Part shown: piece after piece, positions 8,211 through 18,783 of the stretch
How positions within the stretch are numbered: the first letter of the stretch is position 1
Layout: each line of letters starts with the position of its first letter
Assembly: GCA_035289485.1 (NCBI GenBank)
Contig: DATDXA010000063.1
Coordinates: 1-35,044 of the forward strand
Origin: an archaeon
GTDB taxonomy: Archaea; Iainarchaeota; Iainarchaeia; Iainarchaeales; Iainarchaeaceae
Length of the DNA: 35,044 bases
Direction: 5' to 3'
Notes under the pieces: model-generated
Database searches by the model: none
The model's input: the letters and a program-made list of their open reading frames with translations, nothing else
Told to the model about the DNA's origin: nothing
Position numbers and translations under genes: made by a program

Positions 8211-8966
8211 ATGGAAAGGGACAGGATAATTGCGGTGGTTCTGATTGTTGGTTTCGTTTTCCTTGTTGCGGCACTCTTAGGGGTAGTTGCAATTACCGGA
8301 TTCATACTAGTGTTTACAGCCCCGCAGGATTCATCTCCAGCACCTTTGGATGCTGCGCCCCTTATTGAAACGGGCGATACGGATGCGGGGACAGGCAGCG
8401 GTACACCCGCGGGAAATGATGATGCGCCGGCAACTGATGAAAATCCGCCAGCAGAGCCCGCGGCGCCTGTTTGCGGCAACAACAAAAAGGAAAGCGGGGA
8501 GCAGTGCGAAACTGATTCACAATGCTCCGCCACCCAAACATGCAACAGCACCTGCCAGTGCGTAAATAAGCCGGTTGAAAAGGCCGCACTCAGGAACATT
8601 ACAATTACAAAGCTCAATTTCTGGTGCGCTCCGGATTTCAACGGCAAGAAAGGGCTTGCAATTAAGTTCATTGAATTCAAGAATTCAGGAGCAGCCTTTA
8701 CGCATGATGGGACAATCAGGATAACTGCGGTAACAGGAGAAACCACAGATTCTGTTCAGACCAATGCGGCCTTCAAGTTCAATATCCCATCTGGCAAGAC
8801 ACTTGGGCTTTACCAAAAGGACATACTAAGGGCTGATGCGCCGTACATATTCCTTGGCAGCACTCCGGACAAGACCAAAATTACGATTGACATCTCAGAA
8901 ACAGAATACATTGAGTATGAATACACCCTCAAGGGCAATGACTTCGGCTCTGTCGGATGCTTGTAA
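8211..8966 (+). CDS. Membrane-anchored surface protein with Cys-rich module
   Basis: N-terminal hydrophobic helix, acidic Pro/Ala linker, CGNNKKESGEQCE..QC....TC...CQC module, beta-rich C-terminal domain. Confidence 0.8.
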   Translation: MERDRIIAVVLIVGFVFLVAALLGVVAITGFILVFTAPQDSSPAPLDAAPLIETGDTDAGTGSGTPAGNDDAPATDENPPAEPAAPVCGNNKKESGEQCETDSQCSATQTCNSTCQCVNKPVEKAALRNITITKLNFWCAPDFNGKKGLAIKFIEFKNSGAAFTHDGTIRITAVTGETTDSVQTNAAFKFNIPSGKTLGLYQKDILRADAPYIFLGSTPDKTKITIDISETEYIEYEYTLKGNDFGSVGCL

Positions 8967-9013
8967 AGCAAATAGCTAACAAATAGGCGGATAATTTTCA
9001 AGATTGCTAAAGC

Positions 9014-9700
9014 CTACTTCTCTTCAAGGACTTTTTTGTATATCAATGCGCCGAGCAATGCACCCACAATTGGGCCGACAATGTAAATCCACAGCTGCCA
9101 GAGCGCTTCACTTGGCGCGAAGAGCTCTGAGATAAATGCAGGCCCTATTGAGCGCGCGGGGTTTAGTGAGGCTCCGGAGAATGGAATCGCAAAGAGATGC
9201 GCGGCAAGAAGGTAGAACCCTATTGCAAGCGGCGCATGGCTTGCATCGCTTTTCTTTGCAGTCACACTAAGAATAACTATAATGAAGAGCGCGGTTGCAA
9301 TTATTTCCATTAGCACAGCGCCTATTGTTCCAAACGAGCCCGCCGTGGTCGGCCCAAGGCCGGCGGAGGGCGCTATTATCCAGAGCAGGGCGCTTGCAAG
9401 CACTGCGCCAAGGATTTGTGCAATGATGTAGGGAATTGATTTAGCTTTTGGGAATTTGCCAAGCCAAGTGAGCGCAATTGTTACCGCGGGGTTGAAGTGC
9501 CCGCCTGAAACAGCGCCGAATGAATAAATGAGCACGGCAAGCGTGAGGCCCGCTGTGAGCGCAACCGGTAGAAGGTTGAATGCGCCAAAGCCTCCTGTGA
9601 GCTGCACTGAGCCTACAATAGAAGCCGTTATTGCGAAAACAAGAATGAATGTCCCGATGAATTCGGCGTAGATTTCCCTTGAATCCTTCAACTTAAGCAT
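9014..9700 (-). CDS. Aquaporin (MIP family)
   Basis: AEFIGTFILVF, SGGHFNPAVT, GASLNPARSIGPA, WIYIVGPIVGA; start ATG 9700 or TTG 9691. Confidence 0.96.
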   Translation of the reverse strand: MLKLKDSREIYAEFIGTFILVFAITASIVGSVQLTGGFGAFNLLPVALTAGLTLAVLIYSFGAVSGGHFNPAVTIALTWLGKFPKAKSIPYIIAQILGAVLASALLWIIAPSAGLGPTTAGSFGTIGAVLMEIIATALFIIVILSVTAKKSDASHAPLAIGFYLLAAHLFAIPFSGASLNPARSIGPAFISELFAPSEALWQLWIYIVGPIVGALLGALIYKKVLEEK

Positions 9701-9788
9701 CTCCAAAAGCCATGCAATTGAGCAATTAGGTGGAGAAGTGGTATTTATACCTTGTTTTTGGGAAATTTTTAGAATGCAGCGCTCGCTT

Positions 9789-10799
9789 TCACTTGTACAG
9801 CATCCCATAATACATATTCTCAACAATGCCCCAGTAAGCGACCCTCTCGCCTGTTTTCTTGTCAATTGGCATCTTCTCGCTCACAACATATTCCGGGGGG
9901 AATGCATAGTACGCAACCCTTCCCCCAAAGCCGCTTGAAACTATGAGCGGGAGCGTTCTGCCAAATCCCTGCCGCTCGGTTTTTAGCCAGAAATTCTCTG
10001 AGGAGGGGGTGCCGATTAGATTCTCGCCATAATCTAGGTATGCAAGGGCGGATTGGTATGCGCTGTCATTTTGCTTTACTATTGAAAAGTTCCCATAAAA
10101 TGGGAGCGCTTGTGAAATGCCGTTCACCAGTTCCTTATCCGTGCCGGAAATATCAAGGTGCCCAACTAGGCTTCCGTCACCCGAGCATTTCACAGTATCG
10201 CAGTAATCCGCGAGGTAATCAACACCGAGCAAGTAGTCAAATGAGAGCTGCTTGTTTCCAACCTTTCTCGCCCACGGGCCAATGTAATCTGGCGAGCCGC
10301 CGGATTTTCTCTCCGAGTATTTGAGGAAATAATTGAGATCGCTTTCAGTATCAGGTGCAACAGTGCCGGCATCGCCAATCCATACGAGCTTTCCGCCGCG
10401 GTTGACATAATCCTCAAACATTTTCAGGTCCTCAATGCCCATGACACGCGCTCTTTCAACTATCACAATCTGGCTTTCCATTAAAACTGGCAGGGACACG
10501 ACCTGCATATCCTTAAGGGCAACCCTTGCACTGAAGTGCGGGGATTTGAGCACGTCATAGAGATGCTCAGGGTTGCCCATTCCTGATTCACCGTGCACAA
10601 TAAGGACTTTTGGCTTTCCTCCCGCGACAAGCGAGTAGTAAACATCACAAACCACAGGATGGACAGAATTGCACGGCACCGCCCTAAAATAAATCAGAAC
10701 GCCAAGCAGTGCGAGAAGCAACACAACAAGTATGCCAATTTGAAGCAAATAATTCTCTTTTCTTGCAGGCACTGCTGCAGCCGGTTCTGGATATGCCAT
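9789..10799 (-). CDS. Membrane-anchored extracellular protein, possible GATase-like/beta-galactosidase-trimerisation-type fold
   Basis: One N-terminal TM helix; segments EDYVNRGGKLVWIG and GGRVAYYAF are typical of that fold (fold call tentative). Confidence 0.7.
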   Translation of the reverse strand: MAYPEPAAAVPARKENYLLQIGILVVLLLALLGVLIYFRAVPCNSVHPVVCDVYYSLVAGGKPKVLIVHGESGMGNPEHLYDVLKSPHFSARVALKDMQVVSLPVLMESQIVIVERARVMGIEDLKMFEDYVNRGGKLVWIGDAGTVAPDTESDLNYFLKYSERKSGGSPDYIGPWARKVGNKQLSFDYLLGVDYLADYCDTVKCSGDGSLVGHLDISGTDKELVNGISQALPFYGNFSIVKQNDSAYQSALAYLDYGENLIGTPSSENFWLKTERQGFGRTLPLIVSSGFGGRVAYYAFPPEYVVSEKMPIDKKTGERVAYWGIVENMYYGMLYK

Positions 10800-10896
10800 T
10801 GGACTAAGATTAAATTTGAACACCTAAATAAGGGTTTCTGTTAACAAAATGCGGCGCACGCAAGAGCAATGCGGGTTTTTTGGCATGCCGCCCTAA

Positions 10897-13800
10897 TTAT
10901 TTGGCGAAGCATGCATTGAGATTCAAGGAGGAATTGGAAATCTTCTCGCGCAGGCTTTTGAGGAACTTCTCCTCGTTCCACCATATGCCAATTGCCTCGG
11001 CTGAAACTGAGCTTCCGGATAAGGCGATGCATGTGGCGCTTGTATCTATTGCCTCGATTGCCTTTGCAATCGTATTCATTGCATTCGCGGGCCTTGAAAG
11101 CGCGAGCGCTGGCGAGGAGGAAATCACTTTGGAAAATCCCGTTACGCTACCATCATCCGAAAGCTGCCCGACATATATTGCGCCCTGGTTTTGGCAGGCG
11201 TTTTGTATCTGATAAACCGTGCTGCCTGCTGGAACATAATAAATTGATTCGTAGTAAATGTTCGCATCCACCGCGGCGCTGTTCGAAATCCCATAAATCG
11301 CAGTCTCGGGGATCCCGGATTTTACCGCGCACCATGTGCCCGAAGACGGCTTTTTGTAATCTGTCGGCAATGGAGCTGGAAGCGCCTTTCCATTTGCCGG
11401 CGGGTCAAGGCACTGTACGCCGCCTGTTTTTCCCTTATGGCCTATTTCTGTCACTCTTGCCGAATAGGTCCCGAAATTTATTCCGCCTATGCCCTGCTTT
11501 AGAAGCTCGTACGATACAACATTCGAAGACCCGTTGCCCTGCCCTTCAAATACAACAGGCACGGGGTTTGCTGCATAGAACTTCAAAGTGTACCTATTAG
11601 TTGTTCCTGAATCCTTTGAAATGCTAAGGAGCTGGCCAGCACTATTTACGGTCGTGTCAATGAAATCGTCATGAACCTGCACATTTACAAACGCAACAGG
11701 CCTTGATGCGGCTGATGCTGCCGCAGTCCACACGGTTGCATCGGCTTCGCCGGTAACTTCGGCCCATTTCACATTCCTGCCGGCAAAGCCGACTCCGTAG
11801 CCATCACGGTGCATGCTCTCTCCGGATAGCCCGAGCTGGCCGTCTATTGGCAGATCATAAAGCACATTCGGCTGCAGGATGCTGATTTTTCTGAAATCCA
11901 CAGTAATGGTTGCTTGCGGCTCATTTTGGAAATCAAAAAACATGAAATCTGCCCCTGTTGGGAAATCAATGCTGAGCGTGACCTCATAAACGCCGGCTTC
12001 GTGAATTCCCTTTGCGGCATCAGGGTTCCCATTAGATTCAATCTTGAAGCGTGCGGGGTTTTCAAAGTACTTTCCCCATTTGGAATAATTCAGCCCATCG
12101 GCAAAGAACCTGCTGGCGGCATATGAATCAAAGTCCGCCCTGAAATCGTCCGAAAAGCCATCGCGCAGCATATATGCCCTGAAGTTCTGGAGCTTGAGAT
12201 TTGCTTGGTCCTGCTTTCCTGCTTTCGCGAGCTGGTCCGCCGCATCGAGCCTTTTTAGGAGCGCGGTCATGAACTGCGCCGAATCGCACACCGAGTAATC
12301 CGCATTTCCAAAGTCGCATTCATTGTCAGATATTGCAGATGCGCGCCAGTCATATTTCACGTGCGGCTTTGCAATCTCGCCCGTAAGGCCTGAAGAGTCG
12401 CCCTGCAGGTCGCGGCACATGCCAACAGCACCGCCCTTGACCCCGAAAATGTACTTTTCAGTGTCAACCCAGAGCAGGTTCACGTCAAGATGCGGATAAT
12501 TGGATCCCGGAGCTGATTCCAAATAATCGGTGCGCGCGAAAACCTCTGCCTTGCCATCAACAGCGGATTTTACGACAAAAAGGCTTGTGCTATCATTGAA
12601 AATTTCGGTGAGTGGCCCGGCAGCTGACCTTGAATTCGGGGCGCTGCCAACAGTTGCATTTATGAGCGCGAACACAGGCTCGCCCGCTCCTGCCACAGAG
12701 GGCGCCTGCATGGAATATGCGCCGAGCTTTTTTGTCCTGTCGAAAACATTGACAGTGGCATTCTGCACAGAAGTTGAAGAGCCCGCCACAACAGACTGCG
12801 AGCCAAGGCTCACTGCACCGCCTTCCGTTACAATGCTCTCACCTGGAATAGTGTTCGCTGCGGGGTCGAATGAAGTGCCAAGCTTTGCAAAGTCTCTGCC
12901 CGCAACGCTTCCGACATTTCCTGTGACCACAAGAGTATAGGGCCCGCCCTTTTGCGCAGTGAAGCTGAAAAGCGCCCCATCAAGGTCATTTTCAGCAAGG
13001 TCAGCTGGGTCAGAACAGCTTGCAACCGCAAAAGAATCCGCGCTGTCCGGCTCCTCGCCAACCTCTAAGGGAATATCCGGAGTTTCGCCAATCACCTGCG
13101 CGCCGGTCCCGCTCGCGCCATCAAATACAACTGCAGATATGCTTGTGCCACCAAAGAGAGGGTTTCCTGCCCCATCGGCGCAAACCTGCAGGTAATATTT
13201 TGTGTTTGGAATCGCATTGAACTGCACCATCTTCGTGAAAGGGGAAAGCGCAATCGCCTGCACCTGATAGCTCACTGCCTGGTCCACGGGCTTCTTGCCT
13301 GTTGCCGTGTCTATTTCATCGCCGTCCAGCTTGGTTTTGTATTTCACGTTGATTGAAAGCTTCTGCTCATATGGCGAAACAGGTGGCGCGTACGCCGAAA
13401 ACTTTTCCTGGATTACATTTGTCCCGTGAGGCGGAATTATTAGTGGCGACTGGGGCGTTGCTGTAAAGTAGGGGAAGCTGCAGCTCTCAAGCAGCACATC
13501 TCCAGTCCTCTGGCAGTTGATGTCATCAACTGATGTGATGTATAGCGGTGTTTGCCCGGGATTTTTTAAAACCCATGCAAGCGTGTTTTCCACAGGCTCT
13601 GTTCCATAAACGCTTCTTTTTACCCCGATTGAGTTCAGGTTTGGCGGAATGATTTCGAGCTGCCCGCCCAGAACAATCACGTCGAATTCCCTGAAGGTTG
13701 CCCACTCGCTTGCATTTATGGTTGTTGCATATTCAATGCGCAGATGGTATGTTCCGGGGAGCGTGAACTTGAAATCAGGGAGCCTGTCTTCAGTTCCGTG

Positions 13801-14259
13801 CACGATTTGGCATATTCCCGAATTCTGGCACACAATTGTGTTTGGAAGAACCTGGGCATTTGTCCGAAGTGGCGCTGGGCCAGTAACGGAGCTGCCATCA
13901 GCCTGATTGACATCCACAAGCCTCACAACGGCATTGTCAGTGACAAGCTTGCTGCTCCCTATGCGCTTTCTTCTCACCTTATTGATGTCCTCAACCGAAA
14001 GCACTGTGTCTGGCATTACAAGGTAGGTTGTTTTAGAATAGCCCTGCCCCAAAGCAGCATTTGGGGAAAAACTCATATTCATGTCAATTGTTGGGATGAA
14101 TTCGGGATTGGAGGGAGTTGGCTTGCCTATCTTTGGCCCTGTAGGAGGCTGGAAATACCAGCACGAGCCGCCGCAGGTGTATGCAGCTGCCACTCCGACA
14201 GCTGACAAAAGGAGAAGCGAGGCAAACACGAGCGCAGCAAGGATTTTTTTAGACGGCAT
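10897..14259 (-). CDS. Large secreted surface protein (~1120 aa)
   Basis: Signal peptide MPSKKILAALVFASLLLLSAVGVAAA after a GGTGA RBS; Ser/Thr/Gly-rich beta segments and paired Cys. Confidence 0.85.
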   Translation of the reverse strand: MPSKKILAALVFASLLLLSAVGVAAAYTCGGSCWYFQPPTGPKIGKPTPSNPEFIPTIDMNMSFSPNAALGQGYSKTTYLVMPDTVLSVEDINKVRRKRIGSSKLVTDNAVVRLVDVNQADGSSVTGPAPLRTNAQVLPNTIVCQNSGICQIVHGTEDRLPDFKFTLPGTYHLRIEYATTINASEWATFREFDVIVLGGQLEIIPPNLNSIGVKRSVYGTEPVENTLAWVLKNPGQTPLYITSVDDINCQRTGDVLLESCSFPYFTATPQSPLIIPPHGTNVIQEKFSAYAPPVSPYEQKLSINVKYKTKLDGDEIDTATGKKPVDQAVSYQVQAIALSPFTKMVQFNAIPNTKYYLQVCADGAGNPLFGGTSISAVVFDGASGTGAQVIGETPDIPLEVGEEPDSADSFAVASCSDPADLAENDLDGALFSFTAQKGGPYTLVVTGNVGSVAGRDFAKLGTSFDPAANTIPGESIVTEGGAVSLGSQSVVAGSSTSVQNATVNVFDRTKKLGAYSMQAPSVAGAGEPVFALINATVGSAPNSRSAAGPLTEIFNDSTSLFVVKSAVDGKAEVFARTDYLESAPGSNYPHLDVNLLWVDTEKYIFGVKGGAVGMCRDLQGDSSGLTGEIAKPHVKYDWRASAISDNECDFGNADYSVCDSAQFMTALLKRLDAADQLAKAGKQDQANLKLQNFRAYMLRDGFSDDFRADFDSYAASRFFADGLNYSKWGKYFENPARFKIESNGNPDAAKGIHEAGVYEVTLSIDFPTGADFMFFDFQNEPQATITVDFRKISILQPNVLYDLPIDGQLGLSGESMHRDGYGVGFAGRNVKWAEVTGEADATVWTAAASAASRPVAFVNVQVHDDFIDTTVNSAGQLLSISKDSGTTNRYTLKFYAANPVPVVFEGQGNGSSNVVSYELLKQGIGGINFGTYSARVTEIGHKGKTGGVQCLDPPANGKALPAPLPTDYKKPSSGTWCAVKSGIPETAIYGISNSAAVDANIYYESIYYVPAGSTVYQIQNACQNQGAIYVGQLSDDGSVTGFSKVISSSPALALSRPANAMNTIAKAIEAIDTSATCIALSGSSVSAEAIGIWWNEEKFLKSLREKISNSSLNLNACFAK

Positions 14260-14908
14260 CGTTATCACCCGAAACAAATTTCATTCCAAAAACCATAAGC
14301 GCAACAATCACAAGAAGGCCGGCAATCACAACAGCGCCCTTGAGCCCCTGCGAGAAATCATTTGGGTTAGGGATATTTTCCGCAACAAGCACCGGAAGCG
14401 CATTTGGCTCGCATGCTCCCTCGCAGCACACCTGCAAATTAGAGCCTGGGAGCAATTTCCCGCTGCAGGACTCCTGCAAAGAGCAAATTGCGCCGCCCCG
14501 CTCATTGCACGAAAGGCCTTGCGGTGCCGCCGCTTCGATTTCCCGGAAGAACTGGCCTGGCGCAGAGAGGTCGTCGACAATCACCATGAATTTGCCGCTT
14601 CGAGCGCGCACGGAATCGCTAAAGCACTCTCTTCCTGAAATAATGGAATCGCGCAGCTGCGCCTGCGTTGAAGAGTCAATCACCCCATAATGCACATTGA
14701 GGTTTTTTGGATTCCCCGCGGAATCAAAACCGCATATCTTAGTGGCTATTGAATCGGTGGCATTCGAGTAGGAGGATTCAACATCGACATACCCGTTGTG
14801 CTCTGAGGCGTAAACTATTTTTTCGGCGGCTGCAAAGCCCGAGAGCAAAATCAGGGCGGTGAGCATGGCAAGAATTGCCTTCGCACAATTATCGGCATTA
14901 CGTGTCAA
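14249..14908 (-). CDS. Surface protein with signal peptide, Cys-rich module and C-terminal TM anchor
   Basis: TTG start after AGGTGA; CNERGGAICSLQESC...VCCEGAC; hydrophobic C-terminal helix. Confidence 0.8.
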   Translation of the reverse strand: MTRNADNCAKAILAMLTALILLSGFAAAEKIVYASEHNGYVDVESSYSNATDSIATKICGFDSAGNPKNLNVHYGVIDSSTQAQLRDSIISGRECFSDSVRARSGKFMVIVDDLSAPGQFFREIEAAAPQGLSCNERGGAICSLQESCSGKLLPGSNLQVCCEGACEPNALPVLVAENIPNPNDFSQGLKGAVVIAGLLVIVALMVFGMKFVSGDNDAV

Positions 14909-14914
14909 ATGGCA

Positions 14915-17900
14915 TCACCTGCTCCTCACATAATCCTCTGTGGTAACAAGGAAAAATTCTTCCGTGGAAAAGCCGGTGTTGCGCACATCAATCCGGTATT
15001 CACTGGTTCCTGGAGAAACAACAGATGGCTCGCTACTGACTCCGGATGCCTTGCTCCCGAGAGGGAAAGTGTTGGATGGAAATCCCTGTCCGGCCTGCCC
15101 GCTATAGCACTTGTTGAAGAACCTTACAATCTCGGAGCTCTTTATGAAATCGAGCTGGAAATCATTCTCTTTGGTGTCGGTTTGGGTTAGGACATCGTCA
15201 GCGAAAAGGCACACGCTTGGGTCGAAAATTTTAATGCGCGCTGTGGCGCCGTATGAAGTTGCGCCATGCTTTGCAGTAATGATTAGCGGGTGCAGGCCGA
15301 AAACATTCCGGGATTTTACTGCAAGAGTTGCGGAACTGTTGTTCTGCAGCGCAAATAAAGGATGCTCTGAAAAATCATACAAAGAGCCGTTCACGCTAAG
15401 GGTGATGTCGCTATCTGGGAGCTTCTCGATTTTTGTTATTTCAACGGCGGCGCCACAGCCCTCATTTAGGAGCCTGAATGAAACGGACCCGCCACGATTG
15501 TTTATCTCCGCAACAGCGTCATTGACGGCATACTTCGCGCCGGCAATTTCCGCCTTTAGGCACTGAAGGTCTGGAATGGCATCTGCCGCAGCGCCAACAG
15601 ATATTTTTCCGCTCGCGGTAATATATCCAAGCTTGGAAGCATTCACATCGAACTGCGTGCCTTCCTGGTAAGATGGCATGTTGAATGTGCAAAAGCCCCC
15701 CGAATCCGTGCTGCACTGCCTTATAGGGTCAGTTGCGCCTGCGGGATAAATTCCAACGAATGCCCCCTGTACCGAATTGCCATCTGAGCCGGTGGCTTTC
15801 ACAACAAGGCGATTGCTGCGGTTTGCCTCAAGAGCCTGCGGGGAAAAGGAAAGTGATATTGTTTTCAAATCGCCTATTGAAAAGAGCAGGCGCATGCTGT
15901 TGTTTTTCGCTTTCGCGCTGAGGTTTAGGTCGACCTCGATTTTCTGGGCAATGTTTTTTGCCGTGATATCAAAGCTGCCTGCCACGGGCGCCGGCTGGCT
16001 CTTTAGAAGAGTTCCCACAGGGAATGAGCTGCCAGAGAGCTGCAAAAAGTTATTCTGAAGGTCAGATGGCTTTGAGGCCAAAAGGCTCACATTATCAAAG
16101 CGCTCGCCTGAGAGGTTGGATATTTGGTAGCTCACCTTGTACACAACCCCTTTTACAAGCGAAGAGAGCGGGCCATTGTCCGAAAGCTTCTTGGGCACAG
16201 GGATTAGCACTTTTGCCGCGTCCTGTATCGTTGCCTCAATCAAAAACCCGCAATCGGTTGCAGAGCAAAATGGCTTGCTTAGCACCGCATCCCAAAGATA
16301 GAGGCTGTTTTCATCCGGCTTGAAAACAGTGCTTGCTGCACTTTGGCCCTTCACGCCAAAGCGCATCTGGATATGGGCGTTTTGGTCTGAGGGGGATGGC
16401 ATATCCAGCAGGTATGCTGCAACCGAAATCTCATAAACTCCCTGCGAAAGGGAGCTGAAATTTTTGGTGGCCATTTTTGCACCCGAAGAGGAAAAATCAA
16501 TCTGGCCTTGGCCGCACGAGGCGTAATTGTTCGCCGGGTTGAAACAAGGGTAATACGCCGCATCGCCTGCAAAGGAAGAGAACTTCTTTATTATGAAATT
16601 TGATTCAGATGCGTTGATTTCATTTTCAAGCCCCGAGCGCGCAACGAATGATGCCGAGTTTAGGTCCCCGAGCACAGTGAAATTGAACTTGAAAGTATAG
16701 AGCTTGTTTTCATCGACCTTTGAGGCCTTCTTTGCGGCAGAATCGAAAACGCCGGTGAGCTCGACATCAAATGGGGCAAGAGTATTGGGGCTGCGCTCCC
16801 TTATGAGCACAACTGCTATGCTCACTTTCGTGCCCGGGATTATTTCATAGGCAAGCGAAGTGTAATTGTAATAGCCCGGCTTTGTGACCACGATGTAGGG
16901 CTTTTTGTCCTGGCGAAGCTCCACGGAATCGGTTTTTCCGGAGGAGTTAGTTGGCTTTCTTGCAAGCACCTGGCCGTTAAGCGCGCTTTTGAAAGTGACA
17001 TTGGCATCCTTAACTGGCTTGCCATCCTCATCAAGAACGCTCGCCTCGGCAGTGCCGTTTGCAATTATCAGGGTTATCGGGAGCGGAAGTATTTGCCGGG
17101 CAAGCAGGGGCTTTGTCTCGGAGTTGGCGTCAAGCAGCACCCCGTTCACTGTTTTGCCTGCATTCGCATAATAATTGCCGGCCGGTAAGTTGGTGAAGAG
17201 AATATTGCCATCTCCATCGGTTGTGCCTGTAAGGACTGGGAAAACAAGCTCGGTTGAATAGAGAGCGACAGCGGCATTTGCGACCTTTGCCGCCGAATAA
17301 TCCGAGACAGTAACTTTTACATTTCCGGAAGTTCCGGACGGGGCTTTTGTGAGTTTTACTATTGTTGGCGAGGAGCTGGATGAAATTATGTTAGCGTCCT
17401 TTACAACCCTTAGGACATAATCCTTGTGCGAAGCTATCACCGAGTAGCGGTTGCCGTCAAGGTTTGCAAATTTCACAGTGCCATCAGATGCTGACTGCAT
17501 CGGGAACTGCGCAACATTCATGCGCACAAGTGTCGCCTCAACGCCTGAAATCGGACCGCCGCTATTTGCATCCACAAACTTGAGATAAATCATTTTTGAG
17601 GAATCGGCCTTTTGCAACAGCACCGCAATTTCGACTGTGGAGCTGCCTGAGAGTTCTGCAGCGCCTATTGAAAACTCGTTGCTATAACCGACACTGTACC
17701 CTAAATAATCGGGAGCAACTGCCTGCAGAATATAAGTTCCCGCAGGAACAGCAAAGAGCATTGAAGCCCCTGTCGCATCCGTAACAGAGCCCTGAAGTAC
17801 CGTGATGTCGCCGCGGCGAAGCGTAATTGATGCACCCTCAATAGGAGAACCCGTGGCCTCATCCATTACAGTTGCAAGCACCGATGCAGAGGAGTTCTTT

Positions 17901-18643
17901 GCTTTTAGTATTACAATGACCGCCCCTTCCTGCAAGGCGGCGCTTACCTGCCTTTTCTCCTCCTCAAAGCCTGGGACATTGATTGTTCCCGTGAGAGTTC
18001 CGCAATCGCTCTGCACGGAAACCGCCTGCCGCGGGCCATTGCGCGTGAAGCCCGGCGGCTCGAGCCCTTGCGAGCTGCACGAGAATGACATGGTGACTTC
18101 ATCTGAAGCTGAAAGAAGGACCCTGCTCTCATCGCGCAGCTCAAAATTGATTGTCTTGACCGTGACAGCGGGCTTTGCCGGCATTAGAGTGATTTCATAT
18201 TCCCCGCCAGAAGCAATGTCTATTTTGTCCGAAAATTCGGCATAATCCTTGGCCTTAATGCGCACATCAACGCCCGTGCCAAAAAGCCGCGTCTGCAGCT
18301 CGCCAAAAGAATCAGTGGTTGCAGATTCGCCTTTGCCATCAAGCAAGAAATCCACTATGATGCCGGAAAGTGCCGTGCCTTCGCTGTCTGATACAATGAA
18401 CTTTGCCGCGCTGCCGCCTGAAAAGAATGATATCAGGATTTCGAGAGGATTGCCGCCGAGCACGAGGAAAAAAAGGAGCAACAAAAACAGAACCCCAATA
18501 ATCATGAGCAGGATGAATGAGGGGAAAACGGCGTCGATTGGGTCGACAATGCTATAAATCGGGAATTTCTCCTCGAATTTATCCAGGACTTCATAATATT
18601 TGTCCTCGAATTTGTAGTAAATTTCCTTAACCTTTTCAAGCAT
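14915..18643 (-). CDS. Large membrane-anchored surface protein with tandem carboxypeptidase-regulatory-like (Cna-B/Ig-like) domains
   Basis: N-terminal TM helix; repeated V.D..G.P..GA.V...TD..G...F...PAG.Y pattern; 1242 aa. Confidence 0.88.
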   Translation of the reverse strand: MLEKVKEIYYKFEDKYYEVLDKFEEKFPIYSIVDPIDAVFPSFILLMIIGVLFLLLLFFLVLGGNPLEILISFFSGGSAAKFIVSDSEGTALSGIIVDFLLDGKGESATTDSFGELQTRLFGTGVDVRIKAKDYAEFSDKIDIASGGEYEITLMPAKPAVTVKTINFELRDESRVLLSASDEVTMSFSCSSQGLEPPGFTRNGPRQAVSVQSDCGTLTGTINVPGFEEEKRQVSAALQEGAVIVILKAKNSSASVLATVMDEATGSPIEGASITLRRGDITVLQGSVTDATGASMLFAVPAGTYILQAVAPDYLGYSVGYSNEFSIGAAELSGSSTVEIAVLLQKADSSKMIYLKFVDANSGGPISGVEATLVRMNVAQFPMQSASDGTVKFANLDGNRYSVIASHKDYVLRVVKDANIISSSSSPTIVKLTKAPSGTSGNVKVTVSDYSAAKVANAAVALYSTELVFPVLTGTTDGDGNILFTNLPAGNYYANAGKTVNGVLLDANSETKPLLARQILPLPITLIIANGTAEASVLDEDGKPVKDANVTFKSALNGQVLARKPTNSSGKTDSVELRQDKKPYIVVTKPGYYNYTSLAYEIIPGTKVSIAVVLIRERSPNTLAPFDVELTGVFDSAAKKASKVDENKLYTFKFNFTVLGDLNSASFVARSGLENEINASESNFIIKKFSSFAGDAAYYPCFNPANNYASCGQGQIDFSSSGAKMATKNFSSLSQGVYEISVAAYLLDMPSPSDQNAHIQMRFGVKGQSAASTVFKPDENSLYLWDAVLSKPFCSATDCGFLIEATIQDAAKVLIPVPKKLSDNGPLSSLVKGVVYKVSYQISNLSGERFDNVSLLASKPSDLQNNFLQLSGSSFPVGTLLKSQPAPVAGSFDITAKNIAQKIEVDLNLSAKAKNNSMRLLFSIGDLKTISLSFSPQALEANRSNRLVVKATGSDGNSVQGAFVGIYPAGATDPIRQCSTDSGGFCTFNMPSYQEGTQFDVNASKLGYITASGKISVGAAADAIPDLQCLKAEIAGAKYAVNDAVAEINNRGGSVSFRLLNEGCGAAVEITKIEKLPDSDITLSVNGSLYDFSEHPLFALQNNSSATLAVKSRNVFGLHPLIITAKHGATSYGATARIKIFDPSVCLFADDVLTQTDTKENDFQLDFIKSSEIVRFFNKCYSGQAGQGFPSNTFPLGSKASGVSSEPSVVSPGTSEYRIDVRNTGFSTEEFFLVTTEDYVRSR

Positions 18644-18783
18644 CCAATACCAATCCCAAATAGCCCAAAACTCGCCTAAGACTTATAATATTTCTAATAT
18701 AAATAGTTCACCCGCACCGCTATACGCGGATTTAGGGCAAAAAGGCGGTGCTTGGGCACTTTTGGAGGGCGGTTTGCCAAAGT

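Noticed and set aside
9701..9865. N-terminal extensions in the ORF track (aquaporin; likewise zwf, PAS, PfkB-NagB, 33666-33872)
   Set aside because: They overlap neighbouring genes or promoters, and downstream starts fit the RBS positions and domain boundaries better.
10880..18557. Many + strand ORFs of 60-200 aa opposite the surface-protein genes
   Set aside because: They are antisense shadows of long, well-formed minus-strand genes, with no RBS or motifs.
10897..18643. One giant gene broken by frameshifts (pseudogene)
   Set aside because: Each ORF has its own export signal or anchor, and the two downstream ORFs have clear GGTGA RBSs, consistent with separate genes.
18704..18752. GCACCGC...GCGGTGC inverted repeat as an ncRNA
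   Set aside because: It is a short stem with a long loop and no recognisable RNA family features; at most a terminator for the PAS gene.
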